A stretch of 63,575 bases of DNA, counting the filler, from an uncultured virus (IMG/VR IMGVR_UViG_2049941000_000092) (lineage: Duplodnaviria > Heunggongvirae > Uroviricota > Caudoviricetes). It is 5 parts of one record of this genome, joined end to end, with 100 filler letters (N's around TTAATTAATTAA, not from the genome) between each part and the next. Parts side by side here need not be neighbours in the genome. Positions count along the whole stretch, not along the records: positions 1 to 3,622 come from IMGVR_UViG_2049941000_000092; positions 3,723 to 23,812 come from IMGVR_UViG_2049941000_000092; 3 more parts are not named here. The stretch is one strand, 5' to 3'. The position numbers and the translations under genes were made by a program. The notes beneath the pieces are model-generated. The model saw only the letters and a list, made by a program, of their open reading frames with translations. It did not search any database and was not told where the DNA came from. Positions 1-9,311 of this stretch are shown piece after piece. Every line of letters starts with the position of its first letter. Positions within the stretch are counted from its first letter, which is position 1.

Positions 1-80
1 TTGACTTCACAAAGTTCCTGATGAGCCTTCTTGAACTGATCAAGAATGCTGTTTCTTTTGGCAACGAGTTCAGAGTACAT
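1..80 (-). CDS. hypothetical protein, N-terminal part (runs off window)
   Basis: ATG at 80, MYSELVAKRNSILDQFKKAHQELCEV, directly downstream of 93..434 on the same strand. Confidence 0.6.
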   Translation of the reverse strand, partial: MYSELVAKRNSILDQFKKAHQELCEV

Positions 81-92
81 AATTGTTTATTT

Positions 93-434
93 TTACCAGC
101 CCCAGTAGTCTGAGGGTTTTGTTTCTTCGACGATAGGAGTAGTTTCTTCGGGATGGCATAATTTGCAATCTGGCGAATGTTCAATGTTGATGATGTCATC
201 ATCATCATAAGACTTACCATTATTGCCTTCTTTAATGAACATCCACATGTCATGCCCTTCTTGTTGGAAATCAATCCTTCCAATCAGAAAGTCATGTCCG
301 GAACAATTTTCACTGTGGTGGTATTCAATAAGCGTCTTCTTGACGAGAACACCTTGTTCGGAATCCTTTTTGTCTGCGGAACAAAGTCCACAGACAAAAA
401 GAAATCCTAGCAGTAAAATCATAAACCGTTTCAT
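93..434 (-). CDS. hypothetical secreted/lipoprotein-like protein (113 aa)
   Basis: Signal-peptide-like N-terminus MKRFMILLLGFLFVCGLCSA; start overlaps the upstream gene's TAA. Confidence 0.75.
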   Translation of the reverse strand: MKRFMILLLGFLFVCGLCSADKKDSEQGVLVKKTLIEYHHSENCSGHDFLIGRIDFQQEGHDMWMFIKEGNNGKSYDDDDIINIEHSPDCKLCHPEETTPIVEETKPSDYWGW

Positions 435-1648
435 TACTTCTGATCAGCAATGCTTTCGGTAATGTCGAGAAGCATTTTCAGACCGACGGCGTCCATGGCA
501 GAGTTGTTACTACTACCACTGCCGCCCATCATCACCTTCGGCACCCAGCTCACACCGGATTTCGAAAGAGCTTCTGCGATTCCGACCTGTGTCTTGTATT
601 TCCACTCAGCGGCTTCCTGAGGAGTCAGGCCAGCTGCGACTTTAGCCCTATTTGCGGCTGCCTCAGCCTCACCTTCGGCAATGATACGTTTCTTGTCGAA
701 TTCGGCCTTCTCGGCAGCAAGCTTGGAAACTTCACGTTCCTGTTCTGCTTCAGTCACAGCTACGGCCTTGATTTTCTCCTGCTCCCACTTAGCTTTCTCA
801 GCGGCTGCTTTACCTTCCTCTGTAATCTGGACAGTACGTTGGATANNNNNNNNNNGGCGGTAATAACAGCCAGGTTAGCCGATTTTTGAGCGTCAATCTG
901 GTCTTGGGTAGCTTTATCGTACTTGATGTCGATAATGGAAACCAGTCCACTCGTAATACCATACATGGAGAATGGAGAAACTTCCTGACGTGCATATCCA
1001 CCGACCGAGTTGGGATCGGAAATAATCTCAGCGCGCACTCGTGTTTCTTTATCACCTGTAAGTTCATTGGTGACTTCCTCCTTGATGGAACGAGTTTTAT
1101 AAACACCGTTGTTAAGCTGGTCGGTAATATACGAAATCAAGTCAGTTCTAGTTTCAGAAACTGATTCAAGACTCGACATCAGAGGACCGCAGGCGGTAAC
1201 AACCTTGTAGAGAGTAGGACGGACTAGATTGTTGATGAGAGCTTCTTCACTACCGAAATCTCGCTGAATCTTTTGCANNNNNNNNNNGCGAATCATTCGG
1301 AAGCACCACTCGGAATGAACCAACAATCATGCCGCGGCCTTTGTCATTGAAGGTCAGTGCTGCTGCAGGATTTTTTCCTTCTGCAACATAACCGTTCTCA
1401 TCCTTCCGGAGTTCAGAGAACTCAACCTGAGAGGTCTTGTTATAGACAGAAACATTACCGAAGAGCTGCCACTGCAGACCACCGTCGGTCCACACATGAT
1501 AGGCGCCGGTAAGCGGCATCTGACAAACATAGTTTTTGGACTTGTTTGCATCTTCTGCAATCTTGGGGATAAACAGAAGAAGAAACACCGCGACAGCAGC
1601 AGTAACTATGATCCAGATACTGCTACGATTCACTTGAACCGGTTTCAT
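434..1648 (-). CDS. SPFH/band-7 (prohibitin/flotillin-like) membrane protein
   Basis: Three ORF pieces separated only by 10-N gaps: N-terminal TM, FNDKGRG..GSFRVVLP, LVRPTL..ACGPLMSS core, Ala/Glu/Lys coiled coil (AEAEQEREVSKLAAEKAE), VPKVMMGG tail. Confidence 0.8.
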
Positions 1649-1862
1649 TTTCGTTTGTTTGTTTAATAGGTTTAACAAGTTTGTCTTTCTTGCGTTTCGA
1701 CTGCTCTTGAGGTTTTGCGAGCCAATAGTAGAACGGAATGAACATTCTACCAGGCGTGAGTTTTCGATTGGTGAATTGAATCACTCCCGCACCTTGCAAG
1801 ATTACCATGATGTAATATACCAATGCCAGTAATCCTACAAGCATAATAAATAATCTCCACAT
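1623..1862 (-). CDS. small membrane protein (79 aa)
   Basis: Hydrophobic N-terminus and IPFYYW motif; overlaps the SPFH start. Confidence 0.65.
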   Translation of the reverse strand: MWRLFIMLVGLLALVYYIMVILQGAGVIQFTNRKLTPGRMFIPFYYWLAKPQEQSKRKKDKLVKPIKQTNENETGSSES

Positions 1863-2079
1863 NNNNNNNNNNNNNNNNNNNNNNNNNNNNNNNNNNNNNN
1901 NNNNNNNNNNNNNNNNNNNNNNNNNNNNNNNNNNNNNNNNNNNNNNNNNNNNNNNNNNNNNNNNNNNNNNNNNNNNNNNNNNNNNNNNNNNNNNNNNNNN
2001 NNNNNNNNNNNNNNNNNNNNNNNNNNNNNNNNNNNNNNNNNNNNNNNNNNNNNNNNNNNNNNGCTACAAGACCAATCTG

Positions 2080-2153
2080 TGGCCCCACACAGGTTTGAAC
2101 TGTGGACCGGCGGATTATGAGTCCGCTGCTCTAACCAGCTGAGCTATGGGACC
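2080..2153 (-). tRNA. tRNA with CAT anticodon (Ile2-like, or Met)
   Basis: GGTCCCA/TGGGGCC acceptor stem, TAGCTCAGCTGGTTAGAGC D arm, GCGGA-CTCATAA-TCCGC anticodon arm, CACAG-TTCAAAC-CTGTG T arm; resembles bacterial tRNA-Ile2. Confidence 0.93.
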
Positions 2154-2403
2154 GGTTATTCTTTTCGGCGAGTAATCGTCATTATTGTATCGGAATAGGT
2201 AATCACCGATAAATGGGAACTTCTGCCAGTAATAATTCTGATTCCCTTTGTAGGCCTGCTTTGGTGCCTCCCTCCAACGTTGTAATCTGCAACGTTACAT
2301 AGCCCTTTATGTAGAAAGGACGAAACTATCCAATGTTACTTGGATTAAAGGCTCAAGGAATAATTCAAAGTTTTACTTTGTGAGCCCACCGACGAAATAA
2401 GTC

Positions 2404-2500
2404 TTATAGCTTAGAACAGAATTCAAAGAGTTTCGTAAATGCTTCTTTCAATGATCCGCAGTGATCGAACTCCTGTTCGAACTTTGCGCCACCTTTTGAG
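2404..2500 (-). CDS. C-terminal fragment of a hypothetical protein
   Basis: SKGGAKFEQEFDHCGSLKEAFTKLFEFCSKL* reading out of a gap. Confidence 0.4.
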
Positions 2501-3108
2501 NNNNNNNNNNGTTTTGCATTTTACACCCATAAAACCAGTAAACCACTTTACTAGAACACTAACTGACAGAGGTCATACTCGCCAATTATGCAAAGTAATG
2601 ATATACAGTAAAATTCAGGGTGCCATCAATGACTTTGGATGTTTAGAATTTTATTACGATAGCCTTTGGCAAAGCTTGTGTTTTAAAAACAACGGCCTGC
2701 TTACACAATTACCCGGTAGTCTATCTACCGTATTTTACCTCTTTATATGTGGCAGTAACGGACGTTTAATTTTTGAAAATGGAGGGGCCTGAAAGAGTGG
2801 TCGTTGTTTTTATTATTCTACCCAAACACTGGGGAGTCGCAGTATACGGAATACGAACTTAATACATGTTGTAAAATCATAAGTCGGTAATCCGTGTNNN
2901 NNNNNNNTGTGTGGCCTTTATCGCTATAGTATTCGATGCCTTTATTAATCATGATAAATTGGTTTTAAAAGGGGCCTTTGGAATGTTAAGGCAGCCATCA
3001 ATAACCCTACTCGGAATCAGCGCAGGTTACTAAACGACAATAGGCCCCTTTGCAGAATGTAAAGAGCGTCGCTACTTTCTTTAGGTGCTAGCGTTAGACC
3101 TACAGGAA

Positions 3109-3348
3109 TTACTTCCTGTTTTTCTTCTTATTGAACCAGTTACGGTCCATCTTGGTGAGAGCGAACCAACGTTCGACAGATACCTCATCGACGTGATGTC
3201 CATCAATGAACCACCCACGATTGGTCTGAACCATCTCACGACCAGGAATTTCTTTGTCTTTGCTCTTCCAACGGAAGAATTTCTTCTCGTTTCGACGAAC
3301 AGTCTTGTTCGAGATTACGGAATAAGTTCCGTAAAGTTCGTTTGCCAT
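3109..3348 (-). CDS. hypothetical basic protein (79 aa)
   Basis: ATG start after an AT-rich leader, TAA stop, same strand as neighbours. Confidence 0.65.
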   Translation of the reverse strand: MANELYGTYSVISNKTVRRNEKKFFRWKSKDKEIPGREMVQTNRGWFIDGHHVDEVSVERWFALTKMDRNWFNKKKNRK

Positions 3349-3500
3349 AACTTAGCTGTTTAAAATAACATGTGCTTTTTAGAGTGAAAACACAATGGAA
3401 AACTTTGGGAGAAAAGCCAAGACTTACATTGCGGCAATACCANNNNNNNNNNAAACGCTTGGTCTTATAATCTCCCTACTCCGATAGGTTAGAAGGAATC

Positions 3501-3622
3501 TTACTCATTAAACATTTTAGCTATATCGGAGTATACTTGTTCCACCATCTGTCGTTTAGATGCAGACAACTTTGATTTCTTGTCCTCAATGAGGAAATGC
3601 TCATTTTCCAACTCATTAAAAG
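3501..3622 (-). CDS. C-terminal fragment of a hypothetical protein
   Basis: FNELENEHFLIEDKKSKLSASKRQMVEQVYSDIAKMFNE* at the contig edge. Confidence 0.5.
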
Positions 3623-3722
3623 NNNNNNNNNNNNNNNNNNNNNNNNNNNNNNNNNNNNNNNNNNNNTTAATTAATTAANNNNNNNNNNNNNNNNNNNNNN
3701 NNNNNNNNNNNNNNNNNNNNNN

Positions 3723-4957
3723 AGATAAAGCCCCGTTATTCACAGGGCTTTATTTTCTTCCATAGTACTTCACAGCAATACGGAATAGCAAAGGCAGTTT
3801 AATTATGTCAAAACACCAACTCGTAGAACCTCAGAAGACTGTCAGGTCTCCTGAGATTGGATAGGGCCCTTTTGGGATGCTTTTTTAATGTGGAATATAC
3901 TGCTCAATACTAGGTTGAGGGATACCAAACCACTACTAGGATTGTCCTAGCACAAAAATGAAACTGAAAATAATGTGTTCAAGGAAAACCTGGCAGTCTG
4001 TGCGTGGATAGATGTGCTATGAGTGAATCACTTACACCAAAACTCACTCTTTTACCTTCCTACCAGGTTTGAGGATTCAGCTCATGGCTTCAATAGTAGC
4101 CGTGGGAGTCCTGCTAAAAAAACGTGTCCGATAAGCGTTTTGATTGGAAACGTTCTCGGTATACTAGCATAGCACCATAAAACACACGCGTATATTTTGT
4201 GATGCATAGGATTGGTGCCCAACCACACCCTCTGGACCAGATTATTTAACTTCACTTTATACCAGACTTTCGTTGAAGCGATCCTGTAGCATGATACCAT
4301 ACAGGCTTGGATTAACTAACCAGTGTTAAAAGATTGAACGGACTAGGCGTCACCGTTGTGTAGGGTTTACTGCCATTTTCACCCCTTCAGACCGTCAAAC
4401 CTCAGCGTATAGGGACGGACAGCCTTTCTTCTGCGGGCTCTACTGGATGTTTTTGCGTGAGTCTCCCTCTCATAATTTGAGAGCCGCTCGATGTTGGGAA
4501 GTTTTAAGTCTGGTCCGTCAGTTCGTTTCCCCAAGACTATCCCTATTAAGCCAGGATGGACTGACCAGTTTACGTGTGTCATCCACGCCTGAATTTAGGC
4601 TGTTTTCGCCAAGGATCGGTGTTCCTTCACGTCGCGAGAAATGATTCGCTAGTGACAACCAGGTCATATATAATCCGTATGATACGGCTACGCATCTATC
4701 TGGTCTTTCGATGCCTTAAAAAAGGATGGGGGAATAGGCATCACCCCCGATGAGACAGCCACAAGTCTCTTTAAGTCGTGTGTTACCTATAAGGAATGAA
4801 TCCGAAGATTAAATTCCTGTCTAGGTTTAGAAGCCAGAATCCGCGAGCGTCTGGATACATATCTCAGTTATCTGGTGAGAACGTACCCGAAGGTGATTTA
4901 ATTGTGCCACCATGCATGAATCCATACACGGTGACACAATTAGGAAATCACTGCTTC
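3723..4957 (-). ncRNA. candidate large structured ncRNA or ncRNA cluster
   Basis: No credible ORF over 1.2 kb; more than 12 hairpins, most with G-U pairs only on the minus strand; two cUUCGg tetraloops. Confidence 0.5.
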
Positions 4958-4958
4958 A

Positions 4959-5627
4959 TTACGCCTGCGGAGCGGCGGGAGCCGCGGCCTCGACCGGAGC
5001 GGCATTGTCAGCCGGTGCGGCAGCGGCGAGTTCTGCGACTACGCCTCCGACCGGAGTGACATGATGCGCATCTTGCTCTCTCGTCTCGACGTGAGTGACG
5101 GCGGTGCCGTACTGGTCGACGAGCTGTTCCTTGGTGATAGGATCGAGCGTCGGAACGCGGTTGGGACGGCCACCCTGGAAGACAGGAACGCGAATCTTCA
5201 GGTCGTCGAGGACCTTGATCGCACCCATTTCGCAGAGTTTCGCCAGACGGGCTTCGTGGCCACCGGCCTTGTACCAGCTCTCGTTGACAGGACGCTGGTC
5301 GGAATCGGTGCGGCTGAGGAAGCTCAGAGAGAACCACTCGTTAGTGGTGACACCACCGCGGGTACGCGTGGCCAGAACGAAGAACGCATAGCGAGGCTTC
5401 TCGCCAGTACGCAGGTCACGCTGGACACGCTGCTTGCGACGGAGTTCCGGACGAGTCTTATACGCTTCGAGAGAAGCAAACTGCCAGATGTCACCCTGCT
5501 GAGTGAGGAATCCACCGAAAGGCTCACCTACGCCTTTCAATTCGTCGAAGTCGAAAGACTCCGAGGGGCGCTGTGCCTCCTGATACATCTCAGGAATGGC
5601 GCCGCTGATAGTAACGTTTTTTGCCAT
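4959..5627 (-). CDS. hypothetical early protein (222 aa, Ala/Pro-rich tail)
   Basis: Clean ORF with strong C/G-ending codon bias and AT-rich leader; similar to 5737..6285. Confidence 0.85.
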   Translation of the reverse strand: MAKNVTISGAIPEMYQEAQRPSESFDFDELKGVGEPFGGFLTQQGDIWQFASLEAYKTRPELRRKQRVQRDLRTGEKPRYAFFVLATRTRGGVTTNEWFSLSFLSRTDSDQRPVNESWYKAGGHEARLAKLCEMGAIKVLDDLKIRVPVFQGGRPNRVPTLDPITKEQLVDQYGTAVTHVETREQDAHHVTPVGGVVAELAAAAPADNAAPVEAAAPAAPQA

Positions 5628-5685
5628 ACTTATAAGGAGTTTGTTATTTGCTTTCGGATTTATTTTATGCCTTAGTTCCCAAACG

Positions 5686-5717
5686 AAAAAGAAAAGCCCC
5701 GTTTTTGACGGGGCTTA
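5686..5717 (-). terminator. intrinsic terminator
   Basis: Minus strand AAGCCCCGTC-AAAA-ACGGGGCTT followed by TTCTTTTT. Confidence 0.8.
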
Positions 5718-5736
5718 ACTCGAGAGTTGGTGGTGA

Positions 5737-6285
5737 CTAGGAAGCGAGGTTGAACCGGTGACACATCAGCGGACGACGTTCCGACTCAGGCTTCTCGGCA
5801 CTGTCACGGATGACCTTGCCATTCTGGTCGAAGTCGTTGGTGTGGAACGGAGCGTCAGTGACGCGGATCATGCCCTCGCCAGCAAGCTGAGAGAGTTTGG
5901 CCAGACGCTTGATGTCGGACATCTTGGACAGAAGCGGTGCTCCCAGCACATTGCCCTCCATAAGCTTGGAAATCTCATCTTTGAGGGCAGGCATGCGTCT
6001 CAGGATAGAGAGAGGCATCTCGATCGCACCCTGACGATCGGACTCGATCGCAGTGTAGAGAATCGGGAAGGTCTTCTTCCCAATCTTCTCACGACGACCC
6101 CAGATCCGGATCTTGTCGAAGGGCGGCAGCGTGATGATCTCGCCATCGAAGAACTCGAAGGGAATACCCTTCTCGCCACATTCGAGCCACTCGGAGAATT
6201 CCTCAGGTTTCTCCCCAACCTGCTTGAAGTCGAAAATGACATCCTTAGAGGCCTCTTTCACGACCTCTTCAATGTTCTTTGCCAT
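5737..6285 (-). CDS. hypothetical early protein (182 aa), probable paralog of 4959..5627
   Basis: Clean biased ORF; shared MAKN, FDF, LSxLxR and RLAKL motifs. Confidence 0.85.
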   Translation of the reverse strand: MAKNIEEVVKEASKDVIFDFKQVGEKPEEFSEWLECGEKGIPFEFFDGEIITLPPFDKIRIWGRREKIGKKTFPILYTAIESDRQGAIEMPLSILRRMPALKDEISKLMEGNVLGAPLLSKMSDIKRLAKLSQLAGEGMIRVTDAPFHTNDFDQNGKVIRDSAEKPESERRPLMCHRFNLAS

Positions 6286-6409
6286 AGAACAATTAGTTAT
6301 TAGTGTTTGACATATCCTGTTTTAAACGCACAGGTGCGTCGGTTCGTATATCGCCCCACCGCGAAGGCGCCCCATTTATAGAGGAGCTGTTGTGTACGTG
6401 CTCTTAATA

Positions 6410-6745
6410 CTAAGGAATGTAACGTTCTTGCCAGTCCTGATATCTGTCAAGATTGGCAGGATCGGCTTTAAACTCACGAACCAGTCGCTTGGCAAGATCT
6501 ACCAAGTTGTCGACCGTCATAGTTTTACCAGGCGAGGCGAAGATAGACAGCTCGTAGTCGTTGATGACTTTGCCGTCCAACCACACCTTGATGCCTGCAC
6601 GCGGAAACTCACCACCCATATCCTTGATGGTGAGTTCGTACATAGGAACGGTGCGAGCATTTCTCACTTTATCGGCGCTTGTCTCGCAGACACGCAGACT
6701 CACGAGAAGCTCGGGTGACTTGTGTTGAGTTGATGTTGGTAACAT
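6410..6745 (-). CDS. hypothetical protein (111 aa)
   Basis: Part of a tightly packed minus-strand operon. Confidence 0.75.
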   Translation of the reverse strand: MLPTSTQHKSPELLVSLRVCETSADKVRNARTVPMYELTIKDMGGEFPRAGIKVWLDGKVINDYELSIFASPGKTMTVDNLVDLAKRLVREFKADPANLDRYQDWQERYIP

Positions 6746-6748
6746 AGG

Positions 6749-6973
6749 CTAATCCCAGTAAGGATCTGGAGTTGGGCACTGTTCAAGAATCTCATACTCA
6801 ATCTGTGATTTCACTTCGTTGAGCATGGCTACGAGAGCTTCGCATTCGGCTATTGCAGCTTTGCACTGGCCGTTTGCTCCTTCGGGGTCATCGCCTTCTT
6901 GGCGATCGATGAGAGGCCGGATTGCCTGTGTGACGGTTTCCAGCTGTTCTGAGAGTGTGACAACGTGTGCCAT
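6749..6973 (-). CDS. hypothetical protein (74 aa)
   Basis: Tightly packed operon, ATG to TAG. Confidence 0.75.
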   Translation of the reverse strand: MAHVVTLSEQLETVTQAIRPLIDRQEGDDPEGANGQCKAAIAECEALVAMLNEVKSQIEYEILEQCPTPDPYWD

Positions 6974-6979
6974 AGATTG

Positions 6980-7360
6980 TTACTTTGCGACCTTCTCGAC
7001 TTTGGCCTCTTGGGCCTCATCGTCGAAGATGTTGCTCTCACCAAGCTTGATATGGCAGAGCTTACGGCAGAACTTGCGCAGTTTCCGCTGCTCTTCCATT
7101 GGATCGAAGCCCATCTTGTGAGCTTCTTCCATCGGGTCACCAGGACGAGGATTGTCCTTGGCCCACTGAGACGGCTCCCAACAGCCAGTCTCTTCATTAA
7201 GCTCCTGGAGCGTGTGACATTCTGCCTCTTTGTCCCACGCGTCGATCTTCTCGACGAAACCGTCGAAACGATCAAGATTGTCAAGAACCTGACACAGAAT
7301 GATCTGGTCGTTGATGTTGAGTTTGGCAGACACGGCGAGGATACCCCAGCCTTCCTTTGC
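6980..7360 (-). CDS. hypothetical protein, 5' end in gap
   Basis: KEGWGILAVSAKL...KVEKVAK*. Confidence 0.7.
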   Translation of the reverse strand, partial: AKEGWGILAVSAKLNINDQIILCQVLDNLDRFDGFVEKIDAWDKEAECHTLQELNEETGCWEPSQWAKDNPRPGDPMEEAHKMGFDPMEEQRKLRKFCRKLCHIKLGESNIFDDEAQEAKVEKVAK

Positions 7361-7681
7361 NNNNNNNNNNNNNNNNNNNNNNNNNNNNNNNNNNNNNNNN
7401 NNNNNNNNNNNNNNNNNNNNNNNNNNNNNNNNNNNNNNNNNNNNNNNNNNNNNNNNNNNNNNNNNNNNNNNNNNNNNNNNNNNNNNNNNNNNNNNNNNNN
7501 NNNNNNNNNNNNNNNNNNNNNNNNNNNNNNNNNNNNNNNNNNNNNNNNNNNNNNNNNNNNNNNNNNNNNNNNNNNNNNNNNNNNNNNNNNNNNNNNNNNN
7601 NNNNNNNNNNNNNNNNNNNNNNNNNNNNNNNNNNNNNNNNNNNNNNNNNNNNNNNNNNNNNNNNNNNNNNNNNNNNNNNNN

Positions 7682-7983
7682 TGAACAAATCGCATCCACG
7701 TTTTGTCATCATGCTTGTACCGTTCCGTTGTACGTTCAACAACCTTTACAGTTGATCCAACGTCAAATTTGGACAGTTGTTTGGCAAGACTGTGTTGGGA
7801 AGAAATTGTGTATATAGAACCTTTCCACACAATCTTAACTTCTGAATCATCTCGATAACCAACGGTGAGTTGTTCACCTACAACAAGACGGAACCACCAC
7901 GGAGCCCCAAATTCAACAAGTTCTTGAAAACTGATCGTTTTTCTTAATCTCTGTTCGAGATTGATGTTGATGAATCTGCACAT
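7682..7983 (-). CDS. hypothetical protein; C-terminus lies in displaced segment 9538..9580
   Basis: MCRFININLEQ...KTWMRFV; 7682-7702 is repeated at 9560-9580, which continues HKFEIVK*. Confidence 0.65.
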
Positions 7984-7999
7984 GTTTGCTTCGCTTGCG

Positions 8000-8398
8000 T
8001 TAAACGATAGTATCGTCATAGACGTGTCGAAGTTCAACAAGAAACAGATGTTTCACGATGACTTCTCCGTGTAGAACTTTGACACAAATGCCACGATAGA
8101 TGCCAAGATGGCCCTCGTCGGCATAACGCTGAATCGCCTCCTTAATAGGCAACTTGTAATAATCCTGGTTCTTTCTGAGCCACTCGATATCGGCGGGTGT
8201 GATTGCCTCGGGCTCTAAGAATACCAGTGAATCAGGCATGTCCTTCTTCTCATTGTGGTCGGGAAGAAACAGGACTTCGCCAAAACGGCACCGATCGACA
8301 TACATGTTGATGCCGTCCTGGACACTTGCGGTTATGCGATCAACAAGGCGTGAGTTGCCGTGTTTGTCGCAGAGTTGGAATACGCAGTACGTTCTCAT
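8000..8398 (-). CDS. hypothetical protein (132 aa)
   Basis: Operon packing, ATG to TAA. Confidence 0.75.
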   Translation of the reverse strand: MRTYCVFQLCDKHGNSRLVDRITASVQDGINMYVDRCRFGEVLFLPDHNEKKDMPDSLVFLEPEAITPADIEWLRKNQDYYKLPIKEAIQRYADEGHLGIYRGICVKVLHGEVIVKHLFLVELRHVYDDTIV

Positions 8399-8410
8399 GA
8401 TGTTTGCACA

Positions 8411-8749
8411 TTAAACGTCCCATTCTCTACGGGCTTCCTCGAAAGTATTGCCCATCTTCATCCATACCTCAATTTCATCACGGAGAGCAATGAACATTCG
8501 TTCCTTGTCAGAACCGAGATAATTGAGATCTCCATCGTCACCCAGCAGGCCAAAGATCTGGTCTGCGGTATAGTTCTCCAGAAGTGCAGGAACAGCGTCT
8601 TCTGGACTGATAACATCGCCTGTACGCTCGTTGATCATGTTGAGGTAATTCGTGATGATCCCGTTGATTGCAGGCATTGCGATTTCGGCGGACATGTCGC
8701 CCCATCCCAGCTTTTCGCTGATCGCAAGATGGAAAGACTCGAGAAGCAT
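8411..8749 (-). CDS. hypothetical acidic protein (112 aa)
   Basis: Operon packing, ATG to TAA. Confidence 0.75.
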   Translation of the reverse strand: MLLESFHLAISEKLGWGDMSAEIAMPAINGIITNYLNMINERTGDVISPEDAVPALLENYTADQIFGLLGDDGDLNYLGSDKERMFIALRDEIEVWMKMGNTFEEARREWDV

Positions 8750-8751
8750 TG

Positions 8752-9207
8752 CTAATCGTTATTGTTTTCTTGGGTTTTCATCCATTCGTAGAACTCATCA
8801 TCGATGATGTTGAGTATTCCGACGAGAATGTGTCGCGGCATCTTGGCCGTGGTCGAGAAGTACGACTCACCAACTTCGTTGTGAGTGCGATAGAGTGAGA
8901 ATTGAATTCTGCCAATCTGGATCGAGTTAGATGTGTAGAATCCTTCTCTCCGAAGCTTGTACTCACGGCGGAGGAAATCGTAGAACGCATCATCGTCATC
9001 CGGTAAGGACCAGTAACAATGAGATTCTTTCTTTCCATCACGAAGAGGTACGAGTTCACTCCACACCTCAAACGTGAGTGGCTTCCATGCGTCGTTTTCG
9101 CCGACGATACGGAAGGAGCGGGCCTCACCAAGACCCTTGACCATGTAAGTCTTTTTCTCCTTCGGGTTGAACATGAGTTGCATATGATGCTTGGTATTGA
9201 TTGTCAA
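8752..9207 (-). CDS. hypothetical protein (~143-151 aa, start uncertain)
   Basis: Operon packing; a downstream ATG (MQLMFN) may be the true start. Confidence 0.7.
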   Translation of the reverse strand: MTINTKHHMQLMFNPKEKKTYMVKGLGEARSFRIVGENDAWKPLTFEVWSELVPLRDGKKESHCYWSLPDDDDAFYDFLRREYKLRREGFYTSNSIQIGRIQFSLYRTHNEVGESYFSTTAKMPRHILVGILNIIDDEFYEWMKTQENNND

Positions 9208-9311
9208 ATCACAATTTTGAAAACTTAGACCCTACCCCGGTCATTGGTATATTTAATTTCATTTCCCCAATGATACTGGCAGGGGGTGCTGATTACTGAG
9301 TNNNNNNNNNN

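Noticed and set aside
2311..2330. GGACGAAAC hammerhead-like half on the plus strand
   Set aside because: No upstream CTGANGA or stem II partner
5008..6303. Long plus-strand and alternative-frame ORFs (5061..5675, 5758..6303 and others)
   Set aside because: Antisense shadows of strongly codon-biased minus-strand genes
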